Source: Amphiscolops sp. MND2022
Taxonomy: Eukaryota
Length of the DNA: 64,000 nucleotides
Assembly (NCBI GenBank): GCA_964187785.1
Contig: OZ076410.1
Span: 42,966,001 to 43,030,000 of the forward strand
Direction of reading: 5' to 3'
Part shown: piece after piece, positions 49,345 through 60,860 of the stretch
Position numbering within the stretch: position 1 is the stretch's first letter
Layout: each line of letters begins with the position of its first letter
Position numbers and translations under genes: made by a program
Notes under the pieces: model-generated
Seen by the model: the letters and a program-made list of their open reading frames with translations, nothing else
Database searches by the model: none
What the model was told of the DNA's origin: nothing

Positions 49345-50377
49345 GAATTATTCAAACTGAAGAAATGAATTGACTTGACAATTTGATATATCAAACTCAA
49401 TGAAATGAAATGAGATTAAACAGAGTCTAAATATTGTGAACAATATAAGATCAGTTTCGACAAATAGTCAAGATTCGTGATAGCAGTTTCGTTGTGGTTG
49501 TGAGGTTCGTAGTAGCATTTGTGTCCCTTGATCTTTGGTTTGCTCCTATTTATAGTCTGATTGGGGTGACAGACGAAATTGTGAGTGTCACGTTACTAAA
49601 TTTAGACCAATTTGTTACTAAAAATAGCTCCATCAGGGTTTCATCATCATGACGTATTTACCACAAAATATATCAAAGGCACGATGGTGGACCAGGCGGC
49701 ACATCTGATTATCAACTTTACATCTTGGAGTAGTCTAGTTTCATGTTAAAATTGAACAGCAACACTACTTGTAATTGTTACATGTAATACAAAATTGGTT
49801 ATTGACTTAGTGTCAACGTGACTGCATCAAGTGATTATTATTACAAGTACAACCTGAAGTGGACGTAACGTCCTATTAACTGCAATAGTGTACTAATTAG
49901 GTTAGCACCCAAACTAATTGTTTATCGGATTGACAACGCGTCAGCAGGACTGCATAGTTGTACCTGTTGAACGCACTTCTAATTCAACAATTGAATGTAC
50001 AATTCATACCGACTAAATGACGACTAAGTTTATATATTGGGCAGTACAACACTAAATCACAAAGATTTACTAACATCTACAATAATAACTAACACAATAT
50101 TTCATGTAACATCACTACGGCATTAATATTAAGGTATTTGAACTTTTGGTGTGCAGTCAGTTTGACCTTGGGTCAAAGTTTGCAAATGTTGAGTTTATTC
50201 ATATAGCCACTGAACTTCAATTAAGTTTCGTACACTAGATTCAGGGCCATCAGACTAAACGTCAAATGGTCACATTAGGACTTGCATCAGACAGGTAGGA
50301 CTCCGGGTGCAGGTAGATGCTCGTAACCTTCCGCCATTATTTGATACAGGTTGCGTCACAAGCGGCAGCTTGCGACA
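48690..50377 (-). repeat. 5' LTR of gypsy B (1688 bp)
   Basis: TGTCGCAAG...TTACGACA on minus, directly followed by TGGTGACAGGAG. Confidence 0.95.
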
Positions 50378-51399
50378 AATACTAAATAATCGTGTCGGTA
50401 ACGAAGTTGTTTTTTTTTCAATTTAATTGTTGTAGTGGAACATGCATGTAGTGTAATTGCACAAGTTTACCACCAGAATGTTGTTGAATTCTCTAAGTTT
50501 CATAAACAAATAGCCATCCATGCTGGCTTGCAGCATGTAAAAAGTTACAGCAACCTCAACTTGGGTTCTTTCACCAAGAAATCCCTTTGTGCAGAAAGAT
50601 TCTAGATGCAAATGTACGGAATTGAAAACTGCAATGTCTTCATAATTGTAAAGATATATTTTCATGGATAACTAATTCCCTTTTTCGGTATGACGCATAA
50701 CAATTTCGCAATTTGCTACCATCAAATTAATGATAATCTAACGTATTTCTTTGGCATTATCAGCTGATACATCTTTGAACGTCGCATGAACAAGTCAATG
50801 TCAGACGAAACGTTAGTATGAATTAGTACAACAGTATACTGTTATCTATAGATCTTATTGTAGAAGAAACATATTTCAATATAATCTTATAGATCAATAT
50901 TCCAGCTTTCCGTCAAGTCTGAAACTTTTAGGAGAGATTCAGCAACCGCCTTCAGCAACTTCGAAATAAACTTACTAAATAAGTTTTTGAAAATTTAAAA
51001 TTTTGTTAATAGTTCATTTTTCACGTGAAGGGAGCCAACGAAGACATTTAAAAGGAAATAATTTTTCATTGACCTTACAAATTTTCAAATTCGAAACTAA
51101 CTCTAATGGCATTTTTTTAAAATCTACACTACAAAATCTGTTCCAAGCTCTAGGTTGTTGGTTGGGATTTATTACTGCATTTATTTTTCCTTAATCGAAT
51201 TATCGTTAAAGATGAGCGGTAAAACAGTAAACCGATAATTTAACTCAAATACCAAAGGAAATGCTATTGAACGAGATCGATTTGCAATAAATTGTAAAAC
51301 ATCAATTCAAACTAGTTTCCATCGAAAACCAAGTAGATTCCGTAATTTTAATTTAAACCTCACGACCAATGGTTTTCAAGCCTCATTGGCACACAGTGC

Positions 51400-52390
51400 T
51401 GACAACTAGTGTTTTTGAATTCGTTGACTTTGTGCATATATTACAACCGAATATTCTGATTGCTATTTTGAGGGTCAATTGAGCTCTCCCTTTCATATTT
51501 CTCGGAGTTGTGCTAATTAAAGTAAGTTTTACTTCGTACTTCGGTTTTGACCGGTTTTGCGGCTAAATTCGACCTGTCTAGTCCCTTGCACTTTAGGTCC
51601 ATCTTCGCATTTGAACAATTTTCTAGGTTCTCAAGCTCTGTTGAAGCAGAGGAATTACCTGCGGCTTGTTTTCATTTCCTATAGATTTCTAGACATTTGA
51701 CTACTTGATTATTTTCTTTGAAAACCCTATTCATTTGGGTTTTCTGGCATGCTCCCACTGTTTTCAACACTATTTGAAATAACCATTGCACTAACCTCAT
51801 CATTTAGGTTTTTCTTTCTTCGAAGCACGTTGGACATAAAGTCCGCTTGAGTTTCCTTAGTTGAAGAGTTTTCATCATTTGCATTCGCTTCATAATTTCG
51901 TAACAAAGCGTTCATGTCTTCCAAGTCAAACACTCAGTCAAACTAGCGGGATCGCTTTTCTTTAGTTTCCTGTTTTCTAGCTGACGGCATTGAAAAATAT
52001 TGTTCAACGTATCAATAAATTTTTATTCATTCGTTCAACAAACAAGGACCAACAAAGGGTTACTTCTTATAACAGAAACAAAAAATAAGGCAACAATTTT
52101 GCTGCAGAATGAGCATTTTGCAGTGTTCACAGAGCAGTTCATCGCGGTTGATTGACCCTGGTATATAAACACTAACGGACATGACACATCAAATTATGTG
52201 TATCATTGAGTTTAAAAAAGTGCATTGTCATCCTCACGTCATTTTCTCTGGCTCATCAATACATATTAAACCTACGTTACCATAAAAGAGGTCGGCGTCA
52301 CACCCTACATGAAAGCAACAGGTAGAATTGATGAAATTTTAAGTGTAAAATTGACAGCTACAAGCTACATGTTCAATTACATGGTACCGT
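51400..52390 (-). repeat. Diverged truncated LTR related to the gypsy B LTR
   Basis: MPSARKQETKEKRSR..FDLEDMNALLRNY parallels MPSTRKQKAKERRSR..SDIENLDVMLGSY; weak colinear DNA similarity upstream. Boundaries are approximate. Confidence 0.6.
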
Positions 52391-52975
52391 GACAGCAGTG
52401 GATTGAATAGATTGATTGGACCTAGTGTCCGTTCCACTACAGTAATAAATCAGCATATAGGTTTGGTTTAAGTGGATTTTGGCATTGCGTCAAATGAGTT
52501 ATTACTGTGGATCATTTGAAAGTATTTCCGTTACTTCCCCTTGTTGAACTAGCTTGAACTTTTTATATATTCTTTAAAAAGTTGCCTGCATTTTTTTCAA
52601 TGATTTTGTGAATCTTTTGCGGAAACTTTATTGCGTTAATATTTCCCTGTTGTCATCAACTTTTGTCGAGCTGTTTGAAAGAATGATCAAAGTTTTGGCG
52701 GCAATTGCAAGACGTGAAGTTCTGCAAGTTTTATTATGCATCAGTTCTAAATTTAAATGCATCTGAGTACTCAAAAATTTTGCCGCCATTTCAATGCAAA
52801 TTAACTTCATTCACAATGTAAACAACAAACTAGCGTCATCTTCAGGGTCTTATTTGAGAAGCGTTGATTAAAACGGATAAGTAGTTGAAAAATTAACGTG
52901 TGAATAGAACGTGATTATGTCCGTAAAGAAGGGGAAAACATTTTCAAATTTAATTGCAGTATTGGAGAATGGTGT

Positions 52976-54513
52976 TGTGATAATCCTCTTCATCGAATTT
53001 TTCGTTCGAGAGTATAGTTACGTCTACGTCCGATTCATTTTGAAATATTGGTATAGCAGGATATTTCAATTCTTTCATTTTTGAGGATCTAAGAGGATAA
53101 TCGTCGTTTTCAGAATCTGAGTTTTCGTTATTAGATGCGCGAATTCCTATAGACTTATTTGTTTTGGATCGCGACGGCTGTGGGTCTTTGATTTCGTTGA
53201 TTTCTGGGCTTGGGTTTGTTACAGATGATGCACTTTTGTTGGACTTTATTTCCTTTAAAATTGTTTCAAGTTTATTTTTCATGACTTCTCTCATCTTTTC
53301 AATCCTATCATTATTCTTTTGTTCCATGATCTGGGTCCATCCTTGAAATTCGTTACTTATCTGACTGGGTTCAGTTAGTTGTCTTCACCTAAACTTCCTT
53401 GAACTACAGTATAAATAATAGTTAAAGTCTCATTACCTGCAATGGGCGTTCCTACTTGAATTACTTCAACATCTCTATCTGGGGAAGGAATTTCCAATCT
53501 TCTAGCTAGAACGTCTATTACGTCTGTTTCTCATATTGCTTCGAGTGAAAAATAGTTTCTGTCTGGCTTTTGGGGATAAATTTGATTTATCTTGTTTGTT
53601 CAAAAGAACAAGATTTGAGGGTATCACAATGTTACCAAAAAGTTTACAGTTGTATGAAGGAAACAACTGCACTATCTGATAGTTGAGATTTGAATGAATC
53701 TCTCTCTCAGTTTACAATAAAACAAATCCAAAAAATACCATGGATTTTTACCAATAACACTTTTTTTACCATAGTCATTGTTTGAAAAAGACAAAAATAG
53801 AATTACGTCAAGATAACGTCATATTATTTATAGCATCAACTCAATTACACCACGTTCGAAATATGCCTAAAGAAAAGACTAGAGAAACCCTAGGAATTAC
53901 CTAGAATATAGTATAGAATGTATTTGGGATGGTTTCCAAATAGCACTAGTTCACATATTCACGTTATCTAGTTGATCCTGCTGGAAACGCATAGTGACGA
54001 GTATGCGTCACTACTCATTCCGCAGGATGCCGCATAGTGTCTCTGTAAAAAGCGTATAGTGACGAGTATGCGTCACACCTTGGAACGTGTAATGCCGCAT
54101 AATGGTGTCGACAAATCCGCATGGTGACGAATATACGTCACTCCTCGATCCGCATGGTACCGCATAGTGGTACCAAGCTAAGATGCAATTTACTATATGG
54201 GGACGATTTCAAATGTATTAAAGCTTCCAAGGTGTTTCATTTGAGAATAGGGTGACTTGTTGTGTGGGTGAATAAGGGCTCTCAATGAAGTTTTAATGTC
54301 CAATAGCAACATGGGAAAAAAGTGTCATTCAAGGCAATATATCATATTTACATGACTTCTTGAAAAACTAACAGAAAAACAAAACAAAATGTTAGTTCGT
54401 TGGCTTAAAGTTTTGATTCACATTCTAGCTTAGAGAGTTTGTTGTTGCTGCCATCTTGCTTGGCTTTGGTCACTGATGCGCCACGGCGTCCACGCATCTT
54501 CTGGGTTGCGACA
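52976..54513 (-). repeat. 3' LTR of gypsy C (1538 bp)
   Basis: TGTCGCAAC...TATCACA on minus; direct repeat of 62345-63846. Confidence 0.93.
53989..54141. promoter_or_regulatory. U3 array of three GCATAGTGACGAGTATGCGTCAC-like palindromic motifs
   Basis: Each unit has GTGACG-N6-CGTCAC inverted repeats; two units remain in the 5' LTR (~63365-63455). Function is inferred. Confidence 0.6.
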
Positions 54514-55223
54514 GTCCTGCATTCTTAAAGGCAAACAGGGCAGACTCAAACCCATCGATGAACGCCTGGGACCGCTCATTTTGGTCCCTAACTGTCTCAG
54601 CATCATACGCCGTCGTCAGAAGATATTCACCAATTCGGTCTCCAAGCCGATTTGGTCATAAGTACGAGCACACCAGTTGCAAAATCATGCGATGTTCGGC
54701 ATCACGGTGGGTGACAACCTGTATAGATATCTTTCATTTGAGGGTAACAAGAGCACATTGGTGCTATGAGTAGTCTGCATGTAAAACACTGGCTGTGGCT
54801 GTGGCATTGGCTGAGCTGGAACTTCCGCGAAGCTGGGATATTTGGCGGGATCCGAGTCAACATGGGTGCAGGGTCATTAACATTGACCGTCGGCATGATC
54901 GGATTGGTGATTGGTATTCCAACTTGAGTGCTGCTGTACCCATTGTTTAAGTTATCCGCTCGTATCTCTTGCATATTATCTCCTCTTACCGTGAAATGGC
55001 TTGATTCTGTTGAAAACTCGTGCGGATAGGTTCGTATTGGGCGTAAGACCAGACCCCTACCTCGGCCTCTTCCTCTTGGGGTTGGTAAGATTGAAGCGGA
55101 AGGCCTAACATAGCTGTTTAATGAGTGGCTGTCTTCCATTTCCTGGTCATCAGGCGATCGCATCACGGGTTTTATCAACAACAGGTTATAAACAACTTCC
55201 ATAAAAGGTGTTTCACTTAACAC
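54473..55223 (-). pseudogene. 3' accessory ORF of gypsy C (P/R-rich then Cys-rich), running into the 3' LTR
   Basis: ORF 54702-55223 plus frameshifted continuation CNWCARTYDQIGLETEL/YLLTTAYDAETVRDQNERSQAFIDGFESALFAFKNAGLSQ. Confidence 0.65.
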
Positions 55224-55634
55224 TTCAACGCATCATCACTTATCATCAAAGTCTACAGCGTTTCTCCGATATTGAAATGATATATAAACAAAATTACACT
55301 TACTTCAAAGCAATTAAAGAAAAAAATATTTTCAGGGAAATATTCATTGAAACAGTTCAGAATCATTTTTTTTTAAATTTTCATGACCAAGTTTAAAGAA
55401 AAAAGAAGAAATGTCAGGGAAACATGTCTCGTTTTAGTTTTATGCTGCTTCTAACTACAGTCTATTTTTTAGAAGAGACATACAATAGTCCTAGTCATTG
55501 GTTTGAAAAATGCGAACGGGCCGGCACTTAACAAATAAGTTTCAGTTTTCTGGTGATTTCGTCCAAAGGACTTCCAAAAGGTACCACCAGTCTTAACTTC
55601 TGCAAACACATTGAGCTCAGGAACACTTAGCACT

Positions 55635-56098
55635 GTGCAAGTTCTACTGTGATATCATCTTTGAGGTTGATAGGAGTTGGCAGACTATGACTGTAAGCAG
55701 GTCTGTCATCATTCGGCGTTAGTTTCACTTTTAGTTCACGGTTTATGCCTATATTGAAACGATGTCTGGCAAAAATATCGTGGAATTCAATGAGATTCTC
55801 TTCAATTTGTTGTTGTTGGTCTGGGCTGAGCGTTGTGTCGGACCAGTCGAAGTTTGAAAGGAATTCTTTCCGGGATGTGTCGTTATCATTTGGGTTCAGT
55901 TCCTCGAGTTCTATTAGTTCGAAAAGCTCATCGTGGATACGTTGCTGAGTTTCGAATCTATATGTTGAGGGATCGCCTGGTTCTTCAAGGGTAGGGAACC
56001 AGTATGTTTCCTGCTCTGAATTTTGTGTGGTACTCTGAGAAACTCTTTTATGTAGACTTCTGTTGTATCCTCTTGTTGTATAATGAAAGATAGCAATG
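55635..56098 (-). pseudogene. pol: Third, truncated copy of the pre-RT/RT-start unit
   Basis: KLTPNDDRPAYSHSLPTPINLKDDI repeated a third time, then an abrupt switch to unrelated sequence. Confidence 0.85.
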
Positions 56099-58117
56099 TC
56101 ATAATTCTGCTCAAGGATCCTTGCGTTATCTTTAGAGTATCTTGAGCAGAAGGAGATCAGTCCTGATGTGGGTTTATGAAATTGCTGCAGCTCAGAAACA
56201 GCGTTTTCTTGGTCATTGTGTGTTTCGGTTTGTGCTTGATTCCTTATGTTTTGTTTTTCTTACTATAATTGACTATCATCAATTTCGTCATCTGGAAGAA
56301 CATGAATTTGTTCTTCCTCGACAATGCCTGATGATTGAATGTTCACTTCAATCGCTTTCGTGTGAATATCATTACGAAAGGCCATTTCCAGTTTTTCGGT
56401 TGGATCGATTTCTGTTCTAGATAAGAAGTCGGCAGCGGTGTTCATTGATCCAGCAACATGGGCGATCACGAAATTCTATTGTAGGACATAGTCGCAGGCA
56501 TTCCAGAGAGCTGGAGGGATCATTTTTGTTTGTAAGAAACGGATGACAGACCGGTTGTCTGTGAACACGATTACTGCGAAGGCGCTTCCCCACATGAGGT
56601 GCCCAATTTCAACAAATGCAAAGTATATGGAAAGAATTTCCTTTTCAAAAATTGACATTTTTGTCTGTGTTGGATTGAAAGTTTTCGAACCAAATGCTAC
56701 GAGTGCATAGGTTTTTCGTTTGGATTGAAGTTTTTGGTTCGGGTCGTCTTCAATCATGATAGCATATCCTGCTGCTGTGAAACTTGCATCGGACATTACT
56801 ATAAGTTGCTTGTTTTTTAGTGGTTTTTTTAAAACTAACTGGCAGGAATTTTCTAGGAGTTTGTTGAGGTTTGTGAAGGCTTCTACCGAATTTGTTAGTA
56901 CGTAGAATTTGGAGGTTTCTTTGAGGAGTTTGAAAAACGAAGAGAGCCGTTCTGAAAGGCGTGGTATGTAGTTTCGGTAACAGTTTAAAAATCCAATATA
57001 CCTCTGTAACGCCTTTTTTGATTTGGGAAAGCGATGTTTTGAGAGGAGGTCTTTCACTTTGTAGGCTTGAAGGGCGACTCCGTTTGGTGTTGTTGTGCGT
57101 ACCAGAAAGTCGACTTGTTTGACTCCAAAATGACATTTTGACATGGAGAGTTTTAATCCTGCCTTGCGTATGCATTCAAAGACAGTTTCGATATTTGTAC
57201 ACAATTGTTTTGTGTCAGTTGCGACTATGCCAATGTCATCGACAAATTGGAGGCATTGGTCTGCTTTAATTGCTCTGTCTAGGTACCCTCCCATAAAGCT
57301 TGAAAATGCAGAAAGTGATCTGCTGAGACCCTGAGCAAGCCGACGATAAGCAAATGTTCTACTTGCAAAGTTGAAAGCCAGCATTTGAATGGACTGGTAA
57401 TCTGCCATCTGATGGCAGTGGTAAGCCTGTGAGCAATCCAATTTGCAGGAAAGCTTTTTCCCTGCCATGTGTTGGGCTGCATCCGATATAGTGCTTACCG
57501 GGTGGTTGTTGTTTGTGTAATCTTCAGTGATGAAGTTGTTAATCTTCCGGAGGTCTACTAAAAGTCTGTGGCGCCCATTGGGTTTGCATTGTGCAAAAAT
57601 TGGGCTTGCATAATTGGAGAAAGGTACAGTTGTAATGATACCGTACTTGTGTATAAGTGCAAGTTCTACTATGATATCATCTTTGAGGTTGATAGGAGTT
57701 GGCAGACTTTGACTGTAAGCAGGTCTGTCATCATTCGGCGTTAGTTTCACTTTTAGTTCACGGTTTATGCCTATATCGAAACAATGTCTGGCAAAAATAT
57801 TGTGGAATTCAATGGGATTCTCTTCAATTTGTTGTTGTTCGTCTGGGCTGAGCGTTGTGTCGGACCAGTCGAAGTTTGAAAGGAGTTCTTTCCGGAATGT
57901 GTCGTTATCATTTGGGTTCAGTTCCTCGAGTTCTATTAGTTCGAAAAGCTCATTGTAGATACGTTGCTGAGTTTCGAATCTATATGTTGCGGGATCGCCT
58001 GGTTCTTCAAGGGTAGGGAACCAGTATGGTTCCTGCTCTGAATTTTGTGTGGTACTCTGAGAAATTCTTTTATGTAGACTTCTGTTGTATCCTCTTGTAT
58101 AATGAAAGATAGCAATG
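56099..58117 (-). pseudogene. pol: Second tandem RT-RNase H unit (~2.02 kb)
   Basis: ORF 56476-57750: YASPIFAQCKPNGRHRLLVDLRKIN, QFVDDIG, LIVMSDASFTAAG, VFTDNRSV; HVAGSMNTAADFLSR. Confidence 0.92.
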
Positions 58118-60142
58118 TCAAAATTCTGCTCAAGGCGGATCCTTGCGTTATCTTTAGAGTATCTTGAGTGAGCAGAAGGAGATCAGTCCTGATGTGGGTT
58201 TATGAAATTGTTGTAGCTCAGAAACAGCGTTTTCTTGGTCATTGTGTGTTTCGGTTTGTGCTTGATTCCTTATGTTTTGTTTTCCTTACTATAATTGACT
58301 ATCATCAATTTCATCATCTGGAAGAACATGAATTTGTTCTTCCTCGACAATGCCGGATGATTGAATGTTCACTTCAATCCCTTTCGTGTGAATATCATTA
58401 CGAAAGGCCATTTCCAGTTTTTCGGTTGGATCGACTTCCGTTCTAGATAAGAAGTCGGCAGCGGTGTTCATTGAATCAGCAACATGGGCGATCACAAAAT
58501 TCTATTGTTGGACATGGTCGCAGGCATTCCAGAGAGCTGGAGGGACCATTTTTGTTTGGAAGAAACGGATGACAGACCAATTGTCTGTGAATACGATTAC
58601 TGCGAAGGTGCTCCCCACATGAGGTGTTCAATTTCAACAAATGCAAAGTATATGGAGAAAAATTCCTTTGCAAAAATTGACATTTTTGTCTGTGTTGGAT
58701 TGAAGGTTTTCGAACCAAATGCTATGTGTGCATATGTTTTTCATTTGGATTGAAGTTTTTGGTTCGGGTCGTCTTCAATCATGAATGCATATCCTGCTGC
58801 TGTGAAACTTGCATCGGACGTTACTACAAGTTGCTTGTTTTTCAGTGGTTGTTTTAAAGCTAACTGGCAGGATTTTTCTAGGAGTTTGTTGCGGGTTCTG
58901 AAGGTTTCTACCAATTTTGTTGGTACGTACAATTTGGAGGTTTCTTTGAGGAGTTTAAAGAACGGAGAGAGCCGTTCCGAAAGGCGTGGTATGTAGTTTC
59001 GGTAACAGTTTAAAAATCCAATATACCTCTGTAACGCCTTTTTTGATTTGGGAAAGCGATGTTTTGAGAGGAGGTCTTTCACTTTGTAGGCTTGAAGGGC
59101 GACTCCGTTTGGTGTTGTTGTGCGTACCAGAAAGTCGACTTGTTTGACTCCAAAATGACATTTTGACATGGAGAGTTTTAATCCTGCCTTGCGTATGCAT
59201 TCAAAGACAGTTTCGATATTTGTACACAATTGTTTTGTGTCAGTTGCGACTATGCCAATGTCATCGACAAATTGGAGGCATTGGTCTGCTTTAATTGCTC
59301 TGTCTAGGTACCCTCCCATAAAGCTTGAAAATGCAGAAAGTGATCTGCTGAGACCCTGAGCAAGCCGACGATAAGCAAATGTTCTACTTGCAAAGTTGAA
59401 AGCCAGCATTTGAATGGACTGGTAATCTGCCATCTGATGGCAGTGGTAAGCCTGTGAGCAATCCAATTTGCAGGAAAGCTTTTTCCCTTCCATGTGTTGG
59501 GCTGCATCCGATATAGTGCTTACCGGGTGGTTGTTGTTTGTGTAATCTTCAGTGATGAAGTTGTTAATCTTCCGGAGGTCTACTAAAAGTCTGTGGCGCC
59601 CATTGGGTTTGCATTGCGCAAAAATTGGGCTTGCATAATTGGAGAAAGGTACAGTTGTAATGATACCGTACTTGTGTATAAGTGCAAGTTCTACTATGAT
59701 ATCATCTTTGAGGTTGATAGGAGTTGGCAGACTTTGACTGTAAGCAGGTCTGTCATCATTCGGCGTTAGTTTCACTTTTAGTTCACGGTTTATGCCGATA
59801 TCGAAACAATGTCTGGCAAAAGTATCGTGGAATTCAATGAGAATCTCTTCAATTTCTTGTCGTTCGTCTGGGCTGAGCGTTGTGTCGGACCAGTCGAAGT
59901 TTGAAAGGAATGCTTTTCGGGATGTGTCGTTATCATTTGGGTGCAGTTCCTCCAGTTCTATTAGTTCGAAAAGCTCATTATAGATACGTTGCTAAGTTAG
60001 AGTGTATGTTGCGGAATCGTCTGGTTCTTCAAGGGTAGGGAACCAGTATGTTTCCTGCTCTGAATTTTGTGTGGTACTTTGAGAAGTTCTTTTATGTAGA
60101 CTTCTGTTGTATCCTCATGTTGTATCAAGAAAGATAGCAATG
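58118..60142 (-). pseudogene. pol: First RT-RNase H unit (~2.02 kb)
   Basis: ORF 58741-59775, nearly identical over the RT core to 56476-57750. Confidence 0.92.
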
Positions 60143-60559
60143 CTGGGTCTACTGGTTGTATACGTTTATTTGTTCTGGGGTTAATATCTTGAAATCAGCT
60201 AAATGGGTGTCCATTGTCATTGTGTATGGTAGTTCGGAAAAATTGATAATTTGATACCCGATAGCATAGTTGTTAACAGTACTGAGTGATGCAGTGATGA
60301 AAATGCTATCATAGTTTCCATACTGTTGTGATGGGGGTAACTATTCCAGTTTCGTTATGGTCCATCAGATGTGGCATTCTGCTTACAATGGCGATAGTTT
60401 CGCCTTGTTGTGAAGTTTAAATATTTTCAGCAAACAATGGTGTTGCTTGTCGTATCGCTGTTTGGGTGTCAGGTTTGAGCTGCATTGAATAATTGGGGAA
60501 GGTTAGGATGCCTTGAGTGACATCAAAAACTGCGTTATTCCTGCGGAGGAAACACAATC

Positions 60560-60860
60560 CAATTAGCGGGTTTGGTAAAGTTTGATGATGATGAAATTTT
60601 CCCTTAACATGAAATCAGCCATTTGAAATTCTAGTAATACAGTACCAATAGGGCTTCTAGTTGTCTGTTGGCCACCATGATTTGAAAAGTCGGTGGAGGA
60701 CCAGTTTCTTTTATTGCTTCAATTGCTAGCAACTTGATCTTATTGAGGTCTTGTTCGGAGATTGCACTTGTAAGGGCTCCGGTAACAAAAAGACCATCAA
60801 GTTTGAGTTTTTTGAAGTCCATTGGAATGTAGTACATGTGGCGTTTTCACTTCAATGTCA
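60560..60860 (-). pseudogene. pol: Gypsy C aspartic protease remnant
   Basis: KLDGLFVTGALTSAISEQDL (degenerate D-T-G-A), position between gag and RT. Confidence 0.75.

Larger units (their letters stand above)
39344..50377 (-). mobile_element. Gypsy element B: non-autonomous, TSD-flanked LTR element lacking most of gag and pol, with accessory genes
   Basis: 1.69 kb direct LTRs TGTCGCAAG...TTACGACA, perfect 5-bp TSD AATAC (39339-39343, 50378-50382), tRNA-Leu PBS, PPT ..ACGGGGAG, gypsy integrase C-terminus. Confidence 0.95.
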
